Positions 8,721-17,562 are shown, counted from the stretch's first letter. The stretch: DNA of 40,847 bases from Patescibacteria group bacterium (GCA_004298405.1 SCSL01000040.1:1-40847), one strand, 5' to 3'. Program-made: numbers and translations. The notes: generated by a model from the sequence alone, not told the origin.

Positions 8721-9518
8721 TCACAGTAGCAGAAGAATCACGACGCCGACAAACACACGGAAAATAGCTAGCTTACTGAAACTATATCGTTTTAGAAACT
8801 GGAGAAGGAATCGCACCGTGATAAACGCCGAGATCATGGCTACGGCGAATCCCGCCGTAAGAGGAAGAAAGGCGATGGTCTCATCACCACGAACCACACT
8901 CCCAAGCCCGAAGAAGCCAGCCGCGGCGATGGTCGGAATCGAAAGCAAAAACGAAAAGCGTGCGGCGGTCTCTCGAGAAAGTCCTGTGGCGAGTCCAGCC
9001 GTCATGGTGATTCCTGAACGTGAAGTTCCTGGAATGATCGCAATCATCTGAGCGAGTCCAATCAAAATGGCACGTTTGAGGCCAACGCCTTGTGGTCGAT
9101 CTTTTGTTTCCTTCGTACGACGATCCACAAAGTAGAGAACGCTTCCCCACACGATAAATGACCACGCCACGATCTCTACGGAGCGAAACTCAATCCTAAA
9201 AACCACCTGAAAAAGGAAGCCAACTAAAAGCACCGGAATCGTCGCCAGAGCAATCCAGATTGCGAGCTGTCTCCACGCCATGGCTACCTCGTCCTTTGAC
9301 GGAATGAGCAACGCAATGGTCATTGCCCTTACTTCGCTCCACAAAATCGTAACGATCGCGACTAATGTCGCGATATGCAAGAATGCATCGAACGCCAAAC
9401 TCTGGACTTCCCATCCAAATACTTTCGGGACAAGAATCAAAAACCCTGAACTTGAAATCGGTAAAAACTCCGTAATCCCTTGAACCAGTCCAAGGATAAT
9501 CGCTTGTGTGACGGTCAT
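8721..9518 (-). CDS. uppP: Undecaprenyl-diphosphatase UppP/BacA
   Basis: 265-aa polytopic membrane ORF. It starts MTVTQAIILGLVQGITEFLPISSSGFLIL and later contains PGTSRSG; both are UppP signatures. Confidence 0.93.
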   Translation of the reverse strand: MTVTQAIILGLVQGITEFLPISSSGFLILVPKVFGWEVQSLAFDAFLHIATLVAIVTILWSEVRAMTIALLIPSKDEVAMAWRQLAIWIALATIPVLLVGFLFQVVFRIEFRSVEIVAWSFIVWGSVLYFVDRRTKETKDRPQGVGLKRAILIGLAQMIAIIPGTSRSGITMTAGLATGLSRETAARFSFLLSIPTIAAAGFFGLGSVVRGDETIAFLPLTAGFAVAMISAFITVRFLLQFLKRYSFSKLAIFRVFVGVVILLLL

Positions 9519-9521
9519 ACA

Positions 9522-11528
9522 TCAATCAAAGCGAATCGTCTGGCCTGTATGCAACGTGCCGGTCTGTTCCTGCGGAGGACGTGGTTGAGTCGGTTGTGAC
9601 AATGGAGGTACGGGCGGTGCTGGGCTCTTTTTTTTCTTGCGCTTACGTTTCTTTTTCTCTTCTTCTTGATTCTCGGTTGATACCGGTCTTGGCGCAACAG
9701 ATTTTTGACCTGTCTCTTCCCGACGCTTGGCTCGAATTTTTTCAAGACAACTCTCACAATAGAGTGGTCGAGATGGATCAAGTTTTACACCGGCAGAAAA
9801 CGCCTTCCCACAATCGGAACAGGTGTAACTGAAAGACTCGGTTCGAGGAACACTCCTGCGTGGTGGCTCAGGAAGAGGTTTTTTTTCGACCGGCTCCGTG
9901 ATTCGCGGTGGAACCGTTACTGGTTTCACAAGCGACCCAAGGCTAATCGATGGTTCATCTGGGAGCTTTTCATCCTTGTCCTCTCCCTGAGGTCTCGCGG
10001 GTCGTTCGATTCTTTCTGGAATCTTCACATCTCTTCCCCCCTTTTTTCCTTTCCGTTCCTCACGCACGATCGCAATGCAATCATCGCAATAGATCGGTCG
10101 AGAGCGATCAAGTTCGACTGGTAACACAACCTCTTTTTCGCACCGGGAACATCTGTATTCAAACCGCGGCTTCTTGCTTTCCTTTGCCGCTTTTTTCTTT
10201 TCCGCCGCTTCCTGCAGGAGCGTGTCCATATCCGCATCCTCCATTCCACTCCAAGTAAGAATCTTCGCCTCGATTTCTGCACGAGGCCTTGCGTATCGTT
10301 CACGAGAAATTTTAATCACCTTTTCTCCGGAGTGCGTTGTTTGAGAAATCGGAGGGAGCGTGATGGCCGAGAATGGTTGACTTGTAACACCATCAATAAG
10401 AAGCTTGATGTAAATATTGTATTTTGGAAGATTGATAATATCTTCAGGAGTAAATCGCGGCATGAACTCCGCCTCCATAAACATCGCATCAGGAGAACCC
10501 ACGCGGAACGTAATAATCGTCCCCACGTTCCCAAAGACCGCGTCACGGACTTCTTCTGTCAGTTGCGCGATGTATTGGTGAGCCATCGTCAGACATAAAC
10601 GATATTTCCGCGCTTCGGAAAGAATGCTTGCAAATGATTCGACCGCAAAATTTTGGAACTCATCTACATAGAGATAAAAATCTTTTCGTTCGTGTTCTGG
10701 CGTATCAACACGTTCCATGGCCGCGAGCTGCATTTTTGTGATGAGTAATCCTCCAAGAAGCCGTGAGTTGTCTTCTCCAATACGGCCTTTTGATAAATTG
10801 ATGATGAAAATCTTTTCCGTATCCATGATCTCGCGGACATTAATCGAAGACTTCACTTGCGCAACAATATTGCGAATGACGACCGCAGACAGGAATTGAC
10901 CGATCTTATTTTGAATCGGCGCCACCGCCTCCTGGGCGTATTTCTCATTGTAGGAAGCAAACTCAACCAACCAGAACTGCTTCACGACCGGATCCTTCAC
11001 ATTCCCAACGATCCGTTTGCGGAAATCCGCATCTGACAACAACCGGTTGATTCCCAGCAACGTCTGGCCGGGCGTATCCAAAAGGGCCAACAGCGTATTG
11101 TTCAAGATGTACTCCATGCGGCTGGACCACATATTCTCCCAAATCTTTTGGAAGACTCCCATCATTCCTGACACGACAAGATGCTTATGGGATTCACTCA
11201 CGGCTTCCAAGATATTGAAGCCGACAGGAAAATCCATGTCCGCGGGATTGAAATAGACCACATCATTCAGACGCCAACTTGGAATAAAATCGATGAGCTT
11301 CTCGGCGGTATCCCCGTGGGGATCCACATAGCAACACCCGTGACCCGCGTAGATGTCCGATAAAATATAATTCTCAAGCAGAACGGTTTTTCCCATCCCT
11401 GTCTTTCCAATCACATACACATGCCGGCGACGGTCGTCGGTTTTGATCCCAAACTTCGTCATCTGATTTCGGAAGTTGGTCTTAGCAAAGTAACTCACTT
11501 CGTTTTCGTGGTCGTGATTATAAGACAT
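9522..11528 (-). CDS. VirD4/TraD/TraG-like (type IV coupling protein-like) P-loop ATPase without a membrane anchor, with two C-terminal CxxC..CxxC zinc ribbons and a Lys/Pro-rich tail
   Basis: 668-aa ORF with Walker A GKTGMGKT (41-48) and Walker B FYLYVDEF (284-291), followed by RKYRLCLTMAHQYIAQL. The zinc ribbons are YRCSRCEKEVVLPVELDRSRPIYCDDC and YTCSDCGKAFSAGVKLDPSRPLYCESC. The tail contains KKKRKRKKKK. Confidence 0.8.
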   Translation of the reverse strand: MSYNHDHENEVSYFAKTNFRNQMTKFGIKTDDRRRHVYVIGKTGMGKTVLLENYILSDIYAGHGCCYVDPHGDTAEKLIDFIPSWRLNDVVYFNPADMDFPVGFNILEAVSESHKHLVVSGMMGVFQKIWENMWSSRMEYILNNTLLALLDTPGQTLLGINRLLSDADFRKRIVGNVKDPVVKQFWLVEFASYNEKYAQEAVAPIQNKIGQFLSAVVIRNIVAQVKSSINVREIMDTEKIFIINLSKGRIGEDNSRLLGGLLITKMQLAAMERVDTPEHERKDFYLYVDEFQNFAVESFASILSEARKYRLCLTMAHQYIAQLTEEVRDAVFGNVGTIITFRVGSPDAMFMEAEFMPRFTPEDIINLPKYNIYIKLLIDGVTSQPFSAITLPPISQTTHSGEKVIKISRERYARPRAEIEAKILTWSGMEDADMDTLLQEAAEKKKAAKESKKPRFEYRCSRCEKEVVLPVELDRSRPIYCDDCIAIVREERKGKKGGRDVKIPERIERPARPQGEDKDEKLPDEPSISLGSLVKPVTVPPRITEPVEKKPLPEPPRRSVPRTESFSYTCSDCGKAFSAGVKLDPSRPLYCESCLEKIRAKRREETGQKSVAPRPVSTENQEEEKKKRKRKKKKSPAPPVPPLSQPTQPRPPQEQTGTLHTGQTIRFD

Positions 11529-11536
11529 GTGTATTG

Positions 11537-13090
11537 TTAAATAGGTAGATTTGGAGGCACATACCCATCAGGCTCTTTTGTCAGTTTCTCTTTCAACGAC
11601 GGTTCATGCAACACGGGTGCGTGTGGATGTGGGAGGGTTTCAGGGAGCGGCTCGTCGCTCACCTCTGGAAAATCCATATGTGGAAGAGATAGCCCTTCCT
11701 GTTCTCTCTCGCTTTCTGGAGGGACATATCCAGGCAAAACCTCGTCTGAAAATGTGATAGGAAGTCCGGAGGGTGGTTCCGCACGCTTGGATTCGCTCTT
11801 TTTGACAAGGGGTGCCTTTATCGTCACAGGAGGAAAATGCCACAGAGTGGCTAACTCTTCAACATTCAAGACTATCGGATTTGCCCCGGCACCCCAGCTA
11901 CGTCCTTGATATCCAGACATGAGTCGATGTTGTTTTTTTGTGTACACCAAACGCATCCAAAAATAATCATCTTTAGGCACTTGTGGAATATAAAGGGTGA
12001 ACTTATTGAGATTGAGATTAGAAAACTGGTTCAGGACCCCTTTCACAATACTCGTACGTTCCACTTTGACAAACGCATTTTTGCGCGCCACATACAGCAC
12101 GCGAATTTTCACACCTAGTCCAATCTTGGAGGCCTTCCTCAGGACTGCCTCTGCTTCCTCCTTTTGGGCCAATGTTACCTTAAATGCCTTCCACTGGTCT
12201 TCTTCTTTTTTTTCCTCAGATTCTCCTAAAAGGCCGCTGACATCAAGACCAACCGCCTCCTGAATAAGACCGGCCGGCCAAGAAAGCGTTGACTCAAGGG
12301 CTCCAAGAAAAGCGCTCTTTTTTTGCTTATCTTCAACTCCATACAATTTATTCACAAATTTGATGCTCTTTTTCTGCCAGTCATTGCTCGAAGGCTGAAC
12401 CAACATCTGAATCCAAAAATGCTCTCCTGGACGCATCTTCCCCAATTGTTCAAGTGTGATGGATAACGGATCCTTAATTTCCTGTGAAATTCGGTCCTCA
12501 AAATCCAAGTGCGTCCGAATCGGGAACATATCGTCATTTTCGAGCGTCACCTCCCCACCCCACATTTCGTAATCGTCGTTCGGGTATTCGTTTGGAAATT
12601 TCTTTGCATAGTCTTCCACCTCAGAAATCTCCGCCTCCGGGTAATTGGCATAAATGCCTGCCTCAATCACATCACGGAACCGCGTCTGTGTCCTGACAAG
12701 AAACTGGATGTACCCTTCCGTTGAAATAATTTCAAATGAAAACACAGGGTGCAGTTTTCCATCAAACCATTTTTCTTTCCAGGTGATACTTGATTTTGTG
12801 GCATACAGCGACGCGAAGAGATTTTCAAATGCCTTCGGTGTCTGTTCGGTCATGCTGGGGACATCAATAGCCAAGACGGTGAATTTCAATTTTCCAACAT
12901 AGATGCCACGCCGGTAGTTGAGCCACATTTCGGTAAATCCCCATCCAAGAGTAATGACAATCGGGATCCACCCAAACCAAATCAGGAAATCATAAAGTAT
13001 GACATCAATGGGTTGATCGAAAAAAGAAGACGGGCTTTGAGCCAACCCTGTTACCTGACTGACAATGGGGATAGCTAAGAGCGCAAACAT
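11537..13090 (-). CDS. Membrane-anchored protein of unknown function, translationally coupled partner of the VirD4-like ATPase
   Basis: 517-aa ORF with N-terminal hydrophobic segments (MFALLAIPIVSQV.., ILYDFLIWFGWIPIVITLGWGF), a large soluble domain and a Pro/Glu-rich tail. Its stop is 8 nt before the next start. Confidence 0.7.
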   Translation of the reverse strand: MFALLAIPIVSQVTGLAQSPSSFFDQPIDVILYDFLIWFGWIPIVITLGWGFTEMWLNYRRGIYVGKLKFTVLAIDVPSMTEQTPKAFENLFASLYATKSSITWKEKWFDGKLHPVFSFEIISTEGYIQFLVRTQTRFRDVIEAGIYANYPEAEISEVEDYAKKFPNEYPNDDYEMWGGEVTLENDDMFPIRTHLDFEDRISQEIKDPLSITLEQLGKMRPGEHFWIQMLVQPSSNDWQKKSIKFVNKLYGVEDKQKKSAFLGALESTLSWPAGLIQEAVGLDVSGLLGESEEKKEEDQWKAFKVTLAQKEEAEAVLRKASKIGLGVKIRVLYVARKNAFVKVERTSIVKGVLNQFSNLNLNKFTLYIPQVPKDDYFWMRLVYTKKQHRLMSGYQGRSWGAGANPIVLNVEELATLWHFPPVTIKAPLVKKSESKRAEPPSGLPITFSDEVLPGYVPPESEREQEGLSLPHMDFPEVSDEPLPETLPHPHAPVLHEPSLKEKLTKEPDGYVPPNLPI

Positions 13091-13108
13091 ACGGATGAAA
13101 TGATTGTA

Positions 13109-13140
13109 CCAAAAAACTGGATATAGACCCAGTTTTTTGG
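13109..13140 (-). terminator. Perfect 12-bp palindrome (CCAAAAAACTGG-N8-CCAGTTTTTTGG) between secF and the 517-aa gene
   Basis: Inverted repeat read directly from the sequence. The stem is AT-rich with a flanking T-run inside one arm. It would mark the end of a secDF transcription unit. Confidence 0.45.
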
Positions 13141-13150
13141 TAGAAGATCC

Positions 13151-14047
13151 TTAGGACTTTCTATACAACTCCCATGTAACCAACAGCGGGCTGGCGAAAA
13201 AAATCGAGGAATAGGTTCCAACAGCAATGCCAATCATGAGCGCGAGTGCGAATGGTTGGGTTGACTCACCGCCAAAAAAGAACACGGCCGTAAGGGCAAG
13301 AAGTGTGGTGAGTGATGTGTTCACAGATCGTGTAAATGTTTCGCGAATGCTTCTCTCGACAACAACGGGAAAGTCTTCCCCTCTGTGCTGAAGAAGATTT
13401 TCTCGCGTTCGATCAAACACGACAACCGTATCTGAAATTGAGTACCCCAAGATGGTCAAAATCGCCGCCACGAATCCTGACCCGATCTCCCAATGATAGT
13501 ACTGACCCAAAAGAGCGAAGACACCCAGAGGGATAATCACATCGTGTGCCGCGCAGAGCACCGTTATCAGCCCATACTTCCACGAAGCAATGGGTTCGGA
13601 AACCTTGCGAAATGCCCATGAGATGTACAAACCGATCAAGAGCAGGGTTACAAGAACCCCGATGATCGATGAGCGACGAAGCTCAGAACCAACCGTTGGA
13701 CCAATCGAATCAAACCTCAGCTCGGTGAATTCACCAAACGTCTCCCTCAGCGTCGCAAGGGTTGCTTGATGCGTGGCTTCATCCTGCGCTTCTGAGCGAA
13801 GAATCAATTTTTGATTCTCGTCTGCTGACTGCACAGACAGACCTTTCAGAGAGGTCAGCACCTGCTTCACCTCCTGCGTGGGTGGCGCTCCTTGGGCAAA
13901 TTCAAGTTCGATGAGCGAACCCCCGGTGAAATCCGCACTGAACTTCAGTCCGAAGACGACAAGAAATCCAATACTCAAAAGGATGCTGATCGCGGATACG
14001 GCGAACCAGTATTTTCTCCACCCGACGAACGAAAAAGTTGATGTCAT
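13151..14047 (-). CDS. secF: Protein translocase subunit SecF
   Basis: 298-aa ORF with six-TM SecF topology and the motif FSADFTGGSLIELEF. It overlaps the secD stop by 4 nt. Confidence 0.92.
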   Translation of the reverse strand: MTSTFSFVGWRKYWFAVSAISILLSIGFLVVFGLKFSADFTGGSLIELEFAQGAPPTQEVKQVLTSLKGLSVQSADENQKLILRSEAQDEATHQATLATLRETFGEFTELRFDSIGPTVGSELRRSSIIGVLVTLLLIGLYISWAFRKVSEPIASWKYGLITVLCAAHDVIIPLGVFALLGQYYHWEIGSGFVAAILTILGYSISDTVVVFDRTRENLLQHRGEDFPVVVERSIRETFTRSVNTSLTTLLALTAVFFFGGESTQPFALALMIGIAVGTYSSIFFASPLLVTWELYRKS

Positions 14048-16107
14048 ACGTTTTTATTTCGAGAAAATCCGTAAAGCGTTGGGGACTGCACGGCGCGAAT
14101 CCCACGAAGACTTTTCATATAGACACGCGTGACCGTAATAGCCGTAAACAACGAAAGGAGCACGCCAACCGCGAGGGTGAGCGCAAATCCTCGGACAAAA
14201 CTTGAGGTGAAACTGTAGAGCACACACGCGGAAATAAGCGTAGTGAGATGTCCATCGCGAATAGGTGGCCAAGCTCGCTTAAATCCTTCGTCTACAGAAG
14301 AAACAAGATCTCGGCCTTTCCGGAATTCGTCTTTGATGCGTTCAAAGATCAGCACATTCGCGTCCACCGCAATCCCCAACGACAGAATCAATCCGGCAAT
14401 TCCCGAAAGCGTAACCGTCACGCCAAAGAGTCGATAGGCGGCCAGGTTCAATACCACGTAGAGACACAATGCCAGTGTTGCGAGAAGCCCTGGCAATCGA
14501 TACACAACGATCATGAAAAGCGCCACCAGAGCAAAACCAAGATAGGCGGCGGTCAAACTTTTCTCTAATGAGACGAGCCCAAGCGTTGGTCCCACGGTCT
14601 CCTGCGAAAGAAGCTCAACCGAAACCGGAAGCGCTCCCGCGTTGAGTCGCTGGGCGAGAAGCTTGGCTTCCTCAACCGTGAAGTCTCCCGTAATCACCGC
14701 CTTTCCTCCGTAAATGGCCTGTTGCACAACCGGCGTTGAGATGGCTTCCCCATCCAAGAAAATCGCCATAGGCTCACCAACATGACTTTCCGTCAAAGAC
14801 GCGAACAACTCTCCCCCTTCCGCATTAAACGTCAGGGCAACATACGGAGCCCCAGAACTCGGATCGAATTCCACGCCTGCGCGCTCAAGATGCTTTCCGG
14901 AAAGTTCGGTGTTTATCCAAGGCGACGCCTGCGGCACGACATCATAGATATCCGAGAGCGGCATGAGAATGCGTTGAATGGTGTATGCCGGCTCTGTGCG
15001 CTGATCACGTTTGTAGATGAGATGGTATCCAAATTCTGTTTCGACGACCGTAGAAATTTCACCAACTTCCAACGCCGCTGAGGCCAGGCCAAAAGAAGCC
15101 ACGTAATCCTGTGCGGTTGACCAACCTAAATCTCCAGAATTGGAAGTTGCCGATGGATCTGTTGAATACTGTTTTGCAAGATCAGCAAAATTCTCTGGGG
15201 TCGCTTGATCCTTTAGGCTATTGATTTGAACGGAGGCGTCCAAAGCAGAAACAGTACTGGTACAACCTGTTTTTCCTTCAAAACAAATCAAGATATGTGA
15301 GAGCAACATCTGAGTTTGTTCACTCGGATTGAGATACTTAAAGATGCTCACACCCTCCTCATTTTCCAACAAATTCCCGTTCACCTGTCCTGGTTGAACA
15401 CCTCGTTGCTCAATGAGCAACACATAATCCATGTAAAAAGAATCGACAGTGATATTCTCGAGGATCCCTTTGGTTGTTTCCTTGTTTCTCTCTGTGCTGA
15501 ATTCGGAAACGAGCGCATCAAAATCCTCACCGGCAAGTGCGCGATTGAGAACCACGTTCGCATCCGCACGTTCTTGCGTATTCAATGCCTCAAGCTGGGC
15601 CAGTTGCTCAGGTGTTGGATCTTCCTCCAGCTCCTCTCCTGGTTCCTTAAACTCGAGAACAGGCGTCTCTCCAATAAGCGCAATTGCCTCAGAGACATCC
15701 AAAACACCCGCCAGTTCAATAATGACCCGATACGTGCCACCCGTGGTCGTTGTTTGCACGACCGGTTCTGATACGCCAAACGCATTCACTCGTCGCTCAA
15801 TCACATCGCGGACCCCTTCCAGAGCGGTGAGACGATCCCCTTCTGGAATCTGAGACATATCTGCCTCATACACAAGGTGTGTGCCTCCTTGAAGATCCAA
15901 GCCCAATCGGAATGGTTCCTCACTCATGGTTGGTGGAAGCCAGCCGGTTTTTGCTTGTACTGTCTGGGCACCTCGATTCCAGATTCCCGGAAAATCATAC
16001 AGACCGATCACAAGTGTCGCGACGAGGGCCATGATCGCCACGAGTCTGGGTTTCCAGTTCTTTTGCTCGGTCTTCTTAATCTTTTTCTTGAGTTTCCATG
16101 TTTGCAT
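14044..16107 (-). CDS. secD: Protein translocase subunit SecD with a parvulin-type PPIase insertion in the periplasmic P1 region
   Basis: SecD motifs FRLGLDLQGGTHLVYEAD, the P1 base and a C-terminal six-TM block are present. The start is moved to ATG 16105-16107 (MQTWKLKKK.. before TM1). The insertion carries SHILI...YSTDPSATSNSGDLGW...EFGYHLIYK. Confidence 0.9.
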   Translation of the reverse strand: MQTWKLKKKIKKTEQKNWKPRLVAIMALVATLVIGLYDFPGIWNRGAQTVQAKTGWLPPTMSEEPFRLGLDLQGGTHLVYEADMSQIPEGDRLTALEGVRDVIERRVNAFGVSEPVVQTTTTGGTYRVIIELAGVLDVSEAIALIGETPVLEFKEPGEELEEDPTPEQLAQLEALNTQERADANVVLNRALAGEDFDALVSEFSTERNKETTKGILENITVDSFYMDYVLLIEQRGVQPGQVNGNLLENEEGVSIFKYLNPSEQTQMLLSHILICFEGKTGCTSTVSALDASVQINSLKDQATPENFADLAKQYSTDPSATSNSGDLGWSTAQDYVASFGLASAALEVGEISTVVETEFGYHLIYKRDQRTEPAYTIQRILMPLSDIYDVVPQASPWINTELSGKHLERAGVEFDPSSGAPYVALTFNAEGGELFASLTESHVGEPMAIFLDGEAISTPVVQQAIYGGKAVITGDFTVEEAKLLAQRLNAGALPVSVELLSQETVGPTLGLVSLEKSLTAAYLGFALVALFMIVVYRLPGLLATLALCLYVVLNLAAYRLFGVTVTLSGIAGLILSLGIAVDANVLIFERIKDEFRKGRDLVSSVDEGFKRAWPPIRDGHLTTLISACVLYSFTSSFVRGFALTLAVGVLLSLFTAITVTRVYMKSLRGIRAVQSPTLYGFSRNKNV

Positions 16108-16223
16108 AGTGGTAAAATAGTCGGGCGTAAGTGTAGGCGATGAAGCGCCCAAGAGCAAGTGGACAACCGTTGACGGGATCCACTGTGTGTGATCTGATGG
16201 GTTCTACCCAAAAGGAGGTGCGC

Positions 16224-17513
16224 GTGGAAACCTACCAGCCCGAAGCTTGGGTGTATAACCCGTTCAACGTTGAACGGGTTCTCAGTCAGCTCCCAAGGGA
16301 ACTCTTTGATCCCCCTTCCTGCATGGCGTTGGGGGAAACGCTGCGTCTTCATGGCGGCAAGACCCTTGGACTGCGTGTGTGTGAACGAGTCGCTGAGAGT
16401 TCGCCACACCTGCACATTCCGCCGTGGACAACGCTTCCTGCGGGTTTCCATCTCTCGACGGACTCGATCGAAAAATTTCAAGACTGGATCAAGGGTCGGA
16501 ATGGACCCTTTAAGGTGCGAAGTTCAAGCCGAACTGAGGACTGGCTCTCTGGGGTCAGTGGAGCTCTGCAATCGCGAACCGTTTACGATCCACAGAGAGT
16601 CCTCAACCACGCACAGGAAGTGTCGCAGTTGCGAGATCCAGTCGTTGTCCAGAAATTCGTCGACGGGATCGGTTTGGTTGTCGATATCGCCTACAGCCAG
16701 ATCATGCGTCAACCCATCGTCCGGATCTCAACCGGACGAGAACTGAAACTCTCCTCAGGAAACCGCTTCTTCTCTTCCTCAACGTGGGATCATGAGGGAC
16801 GACATGAAGTCCTGGATCCTTTGAACGGGGAACCTCTGTTGGAGCGATGTACTGGTGAACTCTTCGATGGTTCCTGCCTGGGATTTCCCCTTTCGGATCT
16901 TGCTTGCGAGCTCTGGCAGAGGATTCAGGATCTGGGAATCACCTTCGGTGTCCAACTGGAGCTCGTGATCCATCCGGACACGCCACAAGAATGGTCGTTG
17001 GTGCAAATCCGACCCTCGCCCAACCGTGTACGAGCCGATGGGCTCACCTTCTCGCGAACGGACTCAGCCATCGTGACGACCCCCGCTGTCAGTCGGTCGT
17101 TTTGCCTCCAAGCCGAGGCGAAAACCACGACAGAGGATGATATCAAATGGCTGTTCCTGGCCGCCATCGGCGGAGTCGATGAGGCAATCTCGCGTTTCAA
17201 CCGCACATATGCCGCACCCCAAATCCTCGTTTGGAGTGAACCGATGCAGGCGGATTTCAACATTCACCTGCTGGATATCGCATTCCGAACAGGAGCCCGC
17301 ATTCAGGTCACGGAAGGAGTGATCACCATCAGTACGAGCCACGCAACCATCCGAAACATCGCACCCTCAGATCAGGCGAGCCTGATGTCCATAGCTGGGA
17401 TCATCGCGGTTCCGAAAAAAGTGCACATGAATCTTCTGAAGCTCCTTCATCAGGAACCTCGAACGCTCCTCGCCCAATCCGACGGACTGGTCGGACAACT
17501 CGCCTTCCCCTGA
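16224..17513 (+). CDS. PPDK_N-type ATP-grasp protein with a possible C-terminal phosphohistidine swivel-like segment (PEP synthase / rifampin phosphotransferase-like)
   Basis: Motifs HGGKTLGL, IPPWTTLPAGF, FKVRSSSRTEDWLSGVSGALQS and VVVQKFVDGIGLVVDI are present, with a C-terminal ISTSHATIRN. The start is set to GTG 16224, preceded by AAGGAGG (16212-16218). Confidence 0.6.
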   Translation: METYQPEAWVYNPFNVERVLSQLPRELFDPPSCMALGETLRLHGGKTLGLRVCERVAESSPHLHIPPWTTLPAGFHLSTDSIEKFQDWIKGRNGPFKVRSSSRTEDWLSGVSGALQSRTVYDPQRVLNHAQEVSQLRDPVVVQKFVDGIGLVVDIAYSQIMRQPIVRISTGRELKLSSGNRFFSSSTWDHEGRHEVLDPLNGEPLLERCTGELFDGSCLGFPLSDLACELWQRIQDLGITFGVQLELVIHPDTPQEWSLVQIRPSPNRVRADGLTFSRTDSAIVTTPAVSRSFCLQAEAKTTTEDDIKWLFLAAIGGVDEAISRFNRTYAAPQILVWSEPMQADFNIHLLDIAFRTGARIQVTEGVITISTSHATIRNIAPSDQASLMSIAGIIAVPKKVHMNLLKLLHQEPRTLLAQSDGLVGQLAFP

Positions 17514-17528
17514 GTCCAACCGGCTCCA

Positions 17529-17562
17529 CCCGCCAGAGCAAAAGCAATGGCGGGATTTTTTA
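17529..17562 (+). terminator. Rho-independent terminator after the PPDK_N-like gene
   Basis: CCCGCC-N14-GGCGGG followed by ATTTTTTA. Confidence 0.65.

Noticed and set aside
16008-16481. 157-aa minus-strand ORF, and the N-terminal extensions of secD (to 16158) and of the PPDK_N-like gene (to 16140)
   Set aside because: The extensions overlap each other across a divergent promoter region. Internal starts are better supported: ATG 16107 before TM1, and GTG 16224 after AAGGAGG.
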